A DNA stretch of 10,057 bases, taken from positions 1 to 10,057 of the IMG/VR virus record IMGVR_UViG_2734482778_000005; one strand, written 5' to 3'. Made by a program: the position numbers and the translations under genes. The notes under the pieces were generated by a model. It had not been told where the DNA came from, made no database searches, and saw only the letters and a program-made list of their open reading frames with translations. Below are positions 1 through 5,866 of the stretch, in pieces. Position 1 is the first letter of the stretch; each line of letters starts with the position of its first letter. The DNA comes from a virus. Its lineage: Duplodnaviria; Heunggongvirae; Uroviricota; Caudoviricetes.

Positions 1-105
1 CCAGAAAATGTTGTCCGGCGTGCGCCACTGATCGCCCACTTCCTTCAGTTCATGGGCTGGTTTGTTCCGCAGTTCCACCAGCGCCTGGCAATATTTATTA
101 CTCAT
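1..105 (-). CDS. N-terminal 35 codons of a gene that continues beyond the window start; possible phage Dam-type DNA N6-adenine methyltransferase
   Basis: Minus-strand ATG at 105-103 overlaps the TAA stop of the upstream gene (TAATG). Reads MSNKYCQALVELRNKPAHELKEVGDQWRTPDNIFW with no stop to the window edge. Codon usage is host-like (CTG, GCG, CCG). The D-x-W-R-T-P motif near the N-terminus resembles phage Dam-family methyltransferases; this is recalled, not searched. Confidence 0.4.
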   Translation of the reverse strand, partial: MSNKYCQALVELRNKPAHELKEVGDQWRTPDNIFW

Positions 106-599
106 TAAGCCCCCACGTAATTCCCTGACAGATACCACTCATCACCCGATACAGCGCGCTTGCTGCTTTTCCGTAAACACTGCTCACGACGCGCCAGAAA
201 ATTGTTTCGTTCTGGCTGGGAGTGGCTTTCACGGAATGCCGCCATCCACACCGTTGCAGCACGACGGTATAAGCCCCTGGACTCCAGTTCTTCCGCCTGG
301 CGGGTCAGGCACAAAATCACCCGGGGATCGTTAGTGCCGACATAGAAATTGCGCACAGGTCTGGTTTCACGAACTGGTTGTGGTTCCGGCTCCTGCGCTC
401 TCTCAGTCAGGCGTGGGAAATGTCTGCGTGTATCTCCTTCACAACGGTGAGCCACACGCCCACTCTGACGTAACTTGCTTGCTGACTGCAGAACGCGCTG
501 CCGTGAGTAACCTGCAAAAGCATCCGCAATGTCTCCGGAAGTACACCCCGGATGGGCTTCAATGAATTTCTGAACGTCATTTAACAGACTCATGATCAC
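105..599 (-). CDS. Hypothetical prophage protein, 164 aa, with a C-terminal PerC-like motif (LESRGLYRRAATVW); possibly YfdN-like
   Basis: Complete ORF on the minus strand. Its ATG at 599-597 overlaps the stop of the O-like gene (ATGA). The C-terminal half carries a motif recalled from the PerC/Pch regulator family. The length equals what I recall for K-12 YfdN, but that is not verified. Confidence 0.65.
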   Translation of the reverse strand: MIMSLLNDVQKFIEAHPGCTSGDIADAFAGYSRQRVLQSASKLRQSGRVAHRCEGDTRRHFPRLTERAQEPEPQPVRETRPVRNFYVGTNDPRVILCLTRQAEELESRGLYRRAATVWMAAFRESHSQPERNNFLARREQCLRKSSKRAVSGDEWYLSGNYVGA

Positions 600-1588
600 C
601 CCCTGAATCCTGCCGGGATCTGGCTGTAGTCCACGTTGTCGTAACTGGCTTTGAAGTACGGGTCTTCACGTTTTTCTGTGTGCGTGCTGACGGACGGCGA
701 TAAGCGCAGGGAAAGCTCATCCCATTTTTCCCGCAACTTCGACGGGCTGAGCACGTTACGGCACCAGAACGGATCGCGGCTGACGCGGCTGTACATCTCG
801 CAGATTTGTTTGTGAGTACGACCATCCTGCACACACATCAGGCGAATTTCGTTTGCCCATGCTGTCCAGTTCGGTTCTTTGGGACGAACCACCTCGCCGT
901 CACATTCGGCGGCCTGCTCGTACAGGGCGATGATTTTTTTCCAGAGCCACTGTGCGCAGGTCAAATCATCCTGCGTTCCCCACTGGCGCTTTTTAGGGCT
1001 GAATACAACCGCATCAGGATGGCGAGTTAAAAACTCCTGTTCAGCCGTTTGCGTGTCCGGTTGCGAAGCGTCCGGACGAGAAGAGGTTTTATTCTCTGTA
1101 GTAATCTCTGTTGTATTCTCTGTAAGATCATTGGGCCATTTTGACCCGATGACAGCGTGTCGTTTTGAACCAATGGATCGTGTCATTTTGCGCCCATCCA
1201 TCAGGTCACTTTGACCCGATGGAGAAGTGCATTTTGACCCGATGGATTCGTTCACTTTGACCTCTTCTAAAAGCTCACTTTCATAGTTGATCGTGTAGAA
1301 GTTGGTCATGTCACGCTTCGATTTATTGAGTTGCTCGCGACGCAAAACCCCAAGTGATTTCAGGCTTGCAAATGTGCGTTTCAGAGTGGACTCTGACCAG
1401 AACGGAAACTGCTCCAGCCACTGTTCTGTCGTGTTATAAACCCAGCGAATTCCGCCATGCTCAGTGCCTGAATTCGTTTCATTCAGCCAGTAATGAAGCT
1501 GCTGCAACACAATTGCCTCATTCAGACCAATACGGCATGCAAGATCACGATTTATCACAATGGGCTGGGATGTCATTAACAGGCTCAT
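596..1588 (-). CDS. Lambdoid replication initiator (O-like), 330 aa, with the replication origin embedded in its coding sequence
   Basis: ATG at 1588 is preceded by GAGGT with a 5-nt spacer. The direct repeats at 1139-1264 fall in the middle of the ORF and encode the repeated SIGSK peptide, as iterons do in lambda O. Downstream gene is coupled by an ATGA overlap. Confidence 0.85.
   Translation of the reverse strand: MSLLMTSQPIVINRDLACRIGLNEAIVLQQLHYWLNETNSGTEHGGIRWVYNTTEQWLEQFPFWSESTLKRTFASLKSLGVLRREQLNKSKRDMTNFYTINYESELLEEVKVNESIGSKCTSPSGQSDLMDGRKMTRSIGSKRHAVIGSKWPNDLTENTTEITTENKTSSRPDASQPDTQTAEQEFLTRHPDAVVFSPKKRQWGTQDDLTCAQWLWKKIIALYEQAAECDGEVVRPKEPNWTAWANEIRLMCVQDGRTHKQICEMYSRVSRDPFWCRNVLSPSKLREKWDELSLRLSPSVSTHTEKREDPYFKASYDNVDYSQIPAGFRG
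1081..1264. repeat. Putative phage origin: six direct iterons at about 23-bp spacing (core TTTTGACCCGATGGA, starting near 1139, 1163, 1186, 1209, 1232, 1255) next to an AT-rich tract (1081-1138) carrying short TTCTCTGT repeats
   Basis: Direct reading of the sequence: four near-identical and two degenerate copies of the TTTTGACC core, phased at 23-24 bp, abutting an AT-rich stretch. This is the classic iteron plus AT-rich lambdoid ori-within-O layout. Confidence 0.65.
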
Positions 1589-1757
1589 GACCGACCTCTA
1601 TTTCCCTGAATTTACGACGAAACTGTTCGAGCGGACTGAAGCATTCATGTTCATAGCCTTCACGGAGGTAGATAACCCGTTGTGTTTCCGGCTCCCAACG
1701 AATGACTCTGACGGGCACTCCGTAGTGATCTTTGAACCAGCGGTTAACTTGTCGCAA
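1545..1757 (-). CDS. Alternative small ORF (70 aa, TTG start); mutually exclusive with most of 1598-1936
   Basis: TTG start is preceded by AAGGAGA with a 7-nt spacer. The product ([40 protein letters not shown]...) has a globular-looking composition. It overlaps the O-like start by 44 nt and overlaps the 112-aa ORF in another frame. Confidence 0.3.
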   Translation of the reverse strand: MRQVNRWFKDHYGVPVRVIRWEPETQRVIYLREGYEHECFSPLEQFRRKFREIEVGHEPVNDIPAHCDKS

Positions 1758-1936
1758 AGGACTGTCTCCTTCTGCCGGTTGAAATCACCCACAGCCCACT
1801 CTGCAAAGCTGTGGGTTACAATTTCCCTGTCACCTGGTACATTCACTGCATAGCAATACTCCACCTTCGCTTTTCCACCCGGTACAGGAAGCGCAATCAG
1901 TTGCGAGCGACGGTAGTGTGTTGTTAAACTGTTCAT
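1598..1936 (-). CDS. Hypothetical protein, 112 aa, between the CII-like and O-like genes
   Basis: ATG at 1936 overlaps the stop of the upstream CII-like gene (ATGA). GGAGA lies 9 nt upstream. The TAG stop at 1600-1598 sits 9 nt before the O-like ATG, inside its ribosome-binding site, which is typical operon spacing. The C-terminal half is S/T/N-rich and less protein-like. Confidence 0.45.
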   Translation of the reverse strand: MNSLTTHYRRSQLIALPVPGGKAKVEYCYAVNVPGDREIVTHSFAEWAVGDFNRQKETVLCDKLTAGSKITTECPSESFVGSRKHNGLSTSVKAMNMNASVRSNSFVVNSGK

Positions 1937-2517
1937 GCGTTAGTTTCTCCACAACCAGAAGCAATCGACGCCACGACGCCCGGAGCTGCACACTCGCGGG
2001 CGTTACTCTTTTCCGGCGCACAAAAAACACGAAATAACAGTGTTAAATGCTCCTGCCACTTCGCCATTACTTGGTAGCTGTTCTCTTCGATTTGCTCACG
2101 CTCAGCCTGGTCAATAACTCCATCAGCAGTTGCCTTGCGTAAGTACTGGGAATGCTTGCCAATCCATTCTATTGACTCCATCAGCCGCTGATTAATGTCA
2201 CCATTGTCAATGTCATCAATGACCACCAGCGGCACAAACACCCCATTACTACGACGGGCTATTGCATCTGTTACATGCCTGGTACCACTGGCATCCTGTA
2301 AAACCATGGCCCACTCAAGTGGAAAAATTTGATCCCCACCGCTACGCAGTCTGTTATGCAATTGATCTTTTGCTGGGGTGATATCATCAGATTTATACAA
2401 ACCAAGAATTTCTGCTGCTTCCTCATAGCCATGAGGTAAATCAGCAATCGTTCTTCGTATTGCTGCCACCAGCCATGCTGGTTGTTTATCAACTTTCCAT
2501 TCAGGTTCTTTACCCAC
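1933..2517 (-). CDS. Phage CII-like regulatory protein (CP76/YdaT-type), 194 aa, GTG start
   Basis: GTG at 2517-2515 is preceded by GAGGA with a 7-nt spacer. It sits immediately downstream of the Cro-like gene (27-nt gap), in the cII position. The central region ([10 protein letters not shown]...[25 protein letters not shown]) resembles CII/CP76-type regulators from memory. Confidence 0.7.
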   Translation of the reverse strand: MGKEPEWKVDKQPAWLVAAIRRTIADLPHGYEEAAEILGLYKSDDITPAKDQLHNRLRSGGDQIFPLEWAMVLQDASGTRHVTDAIARRSNGVFVPLVVIDDIDNGDINQRLMESIEWIGKHSQYLRKATADGVIDQAEREQIEENSYQVMAKWQEHLTLLFRVFCAPEKSNARECAAPGVVASIASGCGETNA

Positions 2518-2544
2518 GGTTAATTCCTCATTTCTGTGGTGTTT

Positions 2545-2742
2545 TTATGCCGCAGCACTGTTAGTCTTTTGATATAAAGACACGTCAACTTTCAGTTTCC
2601 CGTTAGTAATTTTTTCTAACTGGTACGCTCGGCCTTCAGGAATAATCTCAGGCCACTCTGAAACAGACGGATGCTTAATACCTAGGGCTTCGGCGGTTTT
2701 ACAAACTCCGCCGAAATAATTAATCACGTCGGATTTCCGCAT
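2545..2742 (-). CDS. Cro-like small HTH regulator (YdaS/Cro family), 65 aa
   Basis: ATG at 2742 is preceded by GGGAGA with a 5-nt spacer. It is the first gene leftward of the operator cluster and divergent from the cI-like gene. The HTH-like segment is GGVCKTAEALGIKHPSVSEW. Confidence 0.8.
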   Translation of the reverse strand: MRKSDVINYFGGVCKTAEALGIKHPSVSEWPEIIPEGRAYQLEKITNGKLKVDVSLYQKTNSAAA

Positions 2743-2773
2743 TTCTGTCTCCCGTTAAATTACGTTAAGCAGA

Positions 2774-2840
2774 AATGTAGGATATCCAACATGCCAATGT
2801 CAAGAATCCTACATGGGCATGTGGTAGGATTGCCTACATG
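2774..2840. promoter_or_regulatory. OR-like operator region: three 18-bp imperfect palindromes (2775-2792, 2797-2814, 2822-2839) overlapping a leftward PR-like promoter (-35 TTGACA at 2803-2798, -10 TACATT at 2779-2774, minus strand) and the cI start
   Basis: Direct reading. The sites are ATGTAGGATATCCAACAT, ATGTCAAGAATCCTACAT and TGGTAGGATTGCCTACAT, sharing the half-site ATGT(A/T)GGAT. The promoter is TTGACA, 18-nt spacer, TACATT, aimed at the cro-like gene. Confidence 0.6.
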
Positions 2841-3491
2841 ATGAACATGAGTGATCGTATTCGCCAAAGGCGAAAAGAACTGAACCTGACACAACAAGCA
2901 CTGGCTGATTTGACTGGTGTGAACCGTGTCACGGTTACTGGATGGGAAAAGGACGACTACCAACCAAATGGAGCCAACCTTCAAGCCCTAGCCAACGCAC
3001 TTAAATGCGATCCTCTGTGGCTTGTTAGCGGAAAAGGCTCGCCTGAACCAAAGATAAATCTAAAACCTGAAATATTCGCAGTTAAAAAAGTCCCCCTCAT
3101 CTCGTGGGTTCAGGCGGGTTCATGGACAATGACGGAGCCTGGTGTCAGGAAAGAAGATGCTGAAGAGTGGGTTTATACTACCGCCCTTGTATCAGAAATG
3201 GCATTTGCACTACGGGTCCGTGGTGATTCAATGACCAATCCCCTCGGCTCACCATCGATACCAGAAGGTTCTATCGTTATCGTAGAGCCAGATATTATTG
3301 ATACAGAGTGTATTAACGGAAAAATCGTTGTTGCCCATATCAATGGTGGGCAAGAAGCGACACTCAAAAAATTTGTTGAGGACTGGCCGAACAGGTATCT
3401 CGTCCCACTAAATCCTAACTATAAAACTATTGAATGCGGTGAGAACTGCAGAATAGTTGGTCTTGTCAAACAAGTAATAATGGATTTTTGA
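2838..3491 (+). CDS. cI: cI-like prophage repressor: N-terminal XRE-type HTH plus C-terminal S24 (LexA-like) autopeptidase domain, 217 aa
   Basis: HTH segment LTQQALADLTGVNRVTVTGWE. A candidate Ala-Gly cleavage site (VQAGSW). The catalytic Ser sits in the GDSM context and a Lys in ATLKKF. The start overlaps the third operator; alternative ATGs lie at 2841 and 2847. Confidence 0.9.
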   Translation: MMNMSDRIRQRRKELNLTQQALADLTGVNRVTVTGWEKDDYQPNGANLQALANALKCDPLWLVSGKGSPEPKINLKPEIFAVKKVPLISWVQAGSWTMTEPGVRKEDAEEWVYTTALVSEMAFALRVRGDSMTNPLGSPSIPEGSIVIVEPDIIDTECINGKIVVAHINGGQEATLKKFVEDWPNRYLVPLNPNYKTIECGENCRIVGLVKQVIMDF

Positions 3492-3511
3492 CACATCTTC
3501 CTCACTATCGC

Positions 3512-3537
3512 AAAACCGGGGTATCCCCGGTTTTTTT
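3512..3537 (+). terminator. Rho-independent terminator after cI (stem AAAACCGGGG / CCCCGGTTTT, 3-nt loop, T7 tail)
   Basis: Perfect 10-bp GC-rich inverted repeat followed by TTTTTTT, 21 nt after the cI stop. The A-tract upstream makes it potentially bidirectional. Confidence 0.7.
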
Positions 3538-3553
3538 ATGAGCCTATCTTTTT

Positions 3554-3607
3554 ATGTAGGATAACCAACATAAACTCTTGACACTCACATGTTGGATATC
3601 CTACATT
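3554..3607 (+). promoter_or_regulatory. OL/PL-like region: two 18-bp operators (3554-3571, 3589-3606) bracketing a rightward promoter (-35 TTGACA at 3578-3583, -10 TACATT at 3602-3607)
   Basis: The operators ATGTAGGATAACCAACAT and ATGTTGGATATCCTACAT share the OR half-site. The promoter has the same TTGACA, 18-nt spacer, TACATT geometry as PR. Confidence 0.6.
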
Positions 3608-3765
3608 TGTTTTTAGAGTTGTGGTGAATGCGCAGGCTGATGCGCGAAAGACATTGCAGCTATTGCGGAAAAGAGCTGTTCGGCGGGGCAATTAAACGCC
3701 CGTGAGAGTCTGAAATAACCGCAAGCCGGAGATCAGCACCGGTCACCACAACAGCCACTGCTTTG

Positions 3766-3813
3766 GCGGTACCAGTTTGTACACTTGCTTCCGGCTGGTA
3801 CCGCTCTTTTTAC
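3766..3813 (+). other. Strong hairpin in the PL leader (10-bp perfect stem GCGGTACCAG / CTGGTACCGC, 19-nt loop, then TCTTTTT); possible attenuator or terminator
   Basis: Perfect inverted repeat read directly, followed by a T-rich run, about 135 nt upstream of the first early-left gene. Function is not established. Confidence 0.3.
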
Positions 3814-3948
3814 AAAACAGAGAAGAGCATCACCGGACGACGGGCTCATAACCCAATCCATCCGGGCGGCTGCCACCGCAGGTGTTCTTCTCTGTTTTGT
3901 GGAGAAACTAACCGACCTTGCAGGGTCGATATGATGAGGAGCAGCAAA

Positions 3949-4311
3949 ATGGCTAGCGAACGCAGTACTGATGTGCAGGCATTTATTGGGGAGCTGGACG
4001 GCGGCGTATTTGAAACCAAAATCGGCGCAGTTCTCAGTGAAGTCGCTTCCGGTGTGATGAACACGAAAACCAAAGGTAAGGTCTCGCTCAACCTGGAAAT
4101 CGAACCGTTTGATGAGAATCGTGTGAAAATCAAACACAAACTCTCGTATGTTCGCCCGACTAACCGCGGGAAAATTTCCGAAGAAGACACCACCGAAACG
4201 CCGATGTATGTCAATCGCGGTGGTCGCCTGACTATTCTGCAGGAAGACCAGGGACAATTACTGACTCTTGCTGGTGAACCTGACGGAAAACTCCGCGCAG
4301 CAGGTCATTAA
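3949..4311 (+). CDS. yfdP: YfdP-like prophage protein, 120 aa
   Basis: ATG at 3949 is preceded by GAGGAG with a 7-nt spacer. The ORF-track start at 3763 is a TTG with an implausible N-terminal extension. Length and position directly upstream of the YfdQ/YfdR-like genes match the CPS-53 yfdP-yfdQ-yfdR order as I recall it. Confidence 0.65.
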   Translation: MASERSTDVQAFIGELDGGVFETKIGAVLSEVASGVMNTKTKGKVSLNLEIEPFDENRVKIKHKLSYVRPTNRGKISEEDTTETPMYVNRGGRLTILQEDQGQLLTLAGEPDGKLRAAGH

Positions 4312-4376
4312 TATCGTTCTTAATTAACTGATTATTTATCTCATCACTGAATATCTTTATATAGTGAGGACTTATT

Positions 4377-5201
4377 ATGTCTCAGAACTTAGACGCAACC
4401 GCAATTAATCAAATCCATGCCCTTATTTCTGCTCAGGGTGTTAATGAAATTATCAGTAAGATTGGTGCCGATGCTGTGGCATTGCCTGAGAATTTCCGCA
4501 TTCATGATCTGGAAAAATTTAATTTAAATCGCTTCCGTTTCCGTGGTGCGCTTTCCACTGCCAGCATCGATGACTTTACCCGTTATTCTAAAGATCTTGC
4601 AGATGAAGGCACCCGCTGCTTTATCGATGCTGATAATATGCGTGCCGTCAGTGTGCTTAACCTGGGTACTATTGATGAACCAGGTCACGCAGATAACACC
4701 GCCACTCTCAAACTGAAAAAGACAGCACCGTTCTCTGCTCTGTTGTCTGTTAATGGCGAGCGTAACTCCCAGAAATCACTGGCAGAATGGATTGAAGACT
4801 GGGCCGACTACCTTGTGGGCTTTGATACTAATGGTGACACCATTCAGGCAACAAAAGCGGCTGCGGCGGTCCGTAAAATCACGATTGAAGCAAACCAGAC
4901 CGCTGATTTTGAGGATAATGACTTCAGCGGCAAACGCTCCCTGATGGAGTCTGTCGAAGCGAAGACCAAAGACATTATGCCAGTGGCATTTGAATTTAAA
5001 TGCGTTCCGTTTGAAGGCCTTAAAGAACGTCCGTTTAAATTACGCCTCAGCATTATCACTGGCGATCGTCCTGTACTGGTTCTGCGCATTATTCAGCTGG
5101 AAGCGGTGCAGGAAGAAATGGCTAACGAATTTCGTGATCTGCTTGTTGAGAAATTCAAAGACAGCAAAGTAGAAACCTTTATTGGTACTTTCACCGCCTG
5201 A
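4377..5201 (+). CDS. yfdQ: YfdQ-like protein (DUF2303 family), 274 aa
   Basis: ATG is preceded by GAGGA with a 6-nt spacer. It is a long clean ORF with host-like codon usage. The sequence and length match my recollection of CPS-53 YfdQ. Confidence 0.8.
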   Translation: MSQNLDATAINQIHALISAQGVNEIISKIGADAVALPENFRIHDLEKFNLNRFRFRGALSTASIDDFTRYSKDLADEGTRCFIDADNMRAVSVLNLGTIDEPGHADNTATLKLKKTAPFSALLSVNGERNSQKSLAEWIEDWADYLVGFDTNGDTIQATKAAAAVRKITIEANQTADFEDNDFSGKRSLMESVEAKTKDIMPVAFEFKCVPFEGLKERPFKLRLSIITGDRPVLVLRIIQLEAVQEEMANEFRDLLVEKFKDSKVETFIGTFTA

Positions 5202-5213
5202 TTTCATTACTGC

Positions 5214-5235
5214 AAATGCCCCTGCGGGGGCATTT
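5214..5235 (+). terminator. Terminator-like hairpin after yfdQ (AAATGCCCC, loop TGCG, GGGGCATTT) with a weak U-tail
   Basis: Perfect 9-bp inverted repeat 13 nt after the yfdQ stop. Only three T residues follow, so it is probably a partial terminator or an RNA-stability element. Confidence 0.3.
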
Positions 5236-5329
5236 ATGGAAACGTAATTAACTCAATAATCGCCGGATGGTGAGGGCTTCCTTTTACCCGAATTCAGCGC
5301 GGTGCAGCGCATATAACGTGGAGAACAAA

Positions 5330-5866
5330 ATGTCATTTATTAAAACTTTTTCCGGGAAGCATTTTTATTATGACAGGATAAATAAAGACAACATCGATAT
5401 TAACGATATCGCGGTTTCCCTTTCAAATATCTGTCGCTTTGCCGGTCATCTTTCACACTTCTACAGCGTCGCCCAACATGCGGTGCTTTGCAGCCAGCTG
5501 GTGCCGCAGGAATTTGCTTTTGAAGCGTTAATGCATGATGCAACAGAAGCGTATTGCCAGGACATCCCCGCGCCACTGAAACGCCTTCTTCCTGACTATA
5601 AACGGATGGAAGAAAAAATAGACGCCGTAATCCGTGAGAAATACGGGTTACCCCCGGTTATGAGTACGCCCGTGAAATATGCCGATCTCATCATGCTGGC
5701 AACCGAACGCCGTGATCTCGGGCTTGATGATGGCTCTTTCTGGCCTGTACTGGAAGGCATCCCGGCAACAGAGATGTTCAACGTGATTCCACTGGCACCG
5801 GGCCATGCCTACGGGATGTTTATGGAACGCTTCAACGAGTTATCGGAATTACGCAAATGTGCATAA
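5330..5866 (+). CDS. yfdR: YfdR-like HD-domain phosphohydrolase (5'-deoxynucleotidase-type), 178 aa
   Basis: ATG at 5330 is preceded by GGAG. HD motif (ALMHDATEA) and upstream His residues are present. Length and sequence match my recollection of K-12 YfdR. The ORF-track start at 5267 is an upstream in-frame extension. Confidence 0.8.
   Translation: MSFIKTFSGKHFYYDRINKDNIDINDIAVSLSNICRFAGHLSHFYSVAQHAVLCSQLVPQEFAFEALMHDATEAYCQDIPAPLKRLLPDYKRMEEKIDAVIREKYGLPPVMSTPVKYADLIMLATERRDLGLDDGSFWPVLEGIPATEMFNVIPLAPGHAYGMFMERFNELSELRKCA

Noticed and set aside
62-565. Plus-strand ORFs 62-334, 160-345 and 380-565
   Set aside because: Antisense to the well-supported 164-aa minus-strand gene; no ribosome-binding sites; low-complexity or Arg/Ser-rich products typical of shadow frames.
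577-1590. ORFs 577-834 (minus), 806-1030, 879-1214 and 1354-1590 (plus) overlapping the O-like gene
   Set aside because: Alternative or antisense frames inside a long, operon-coupled ORF that also contains the iterons; no independent support.
1560-2030. Plus-strand ORF 1560-1853 and minus-strand ORF 1830-2030
   Set aside because: They overlap the coupled minus-strand genes out of frame; the products are Cys/Arg-rich and lack ribosome-binding sites.
2271-2492. Minus-strand ORF 2271-2492 (73 aa)
   Set aside because: Internal alternative frame of the CII-like gene.
2760-2984. Minus-strand ORF 2760-2984 across the operator region and cI start
   Set aside because: It runs through the operators and antisense to cI; better explained as regulatory DNA plus cI.
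3173-3367. Minus-strand ORF 3173-3367
   Set aside because: Antisense to the S24 peptidase domain of cI.
3733-4311. Minus-strand ORFs 3733-4257 and 3846-4214, and the 182-aa plus-strand extension from 3763
   Set aside because: The minus-strand frames are antisense to the YfdP-like gene. The extension starts at a TTG inside the leader hairpin and yields an implausible Cys/Arg-rich N-terminus, whereas the ATG at 3949 has a strong GAGGAG site.
4753-5172. ORFs 4753-4944, 4844-5089 and 4990-5172
   Set aside because: Alternative or antisense frames within the YfdQ-like gene.
5267-5329. Upstream extension of the YfdR-like ORF to 5267
   Set aside because: No ribosome-binding site at 5267; the ATG at 5330 has GGAG and gives the 178-aa length I recall for YfdR.
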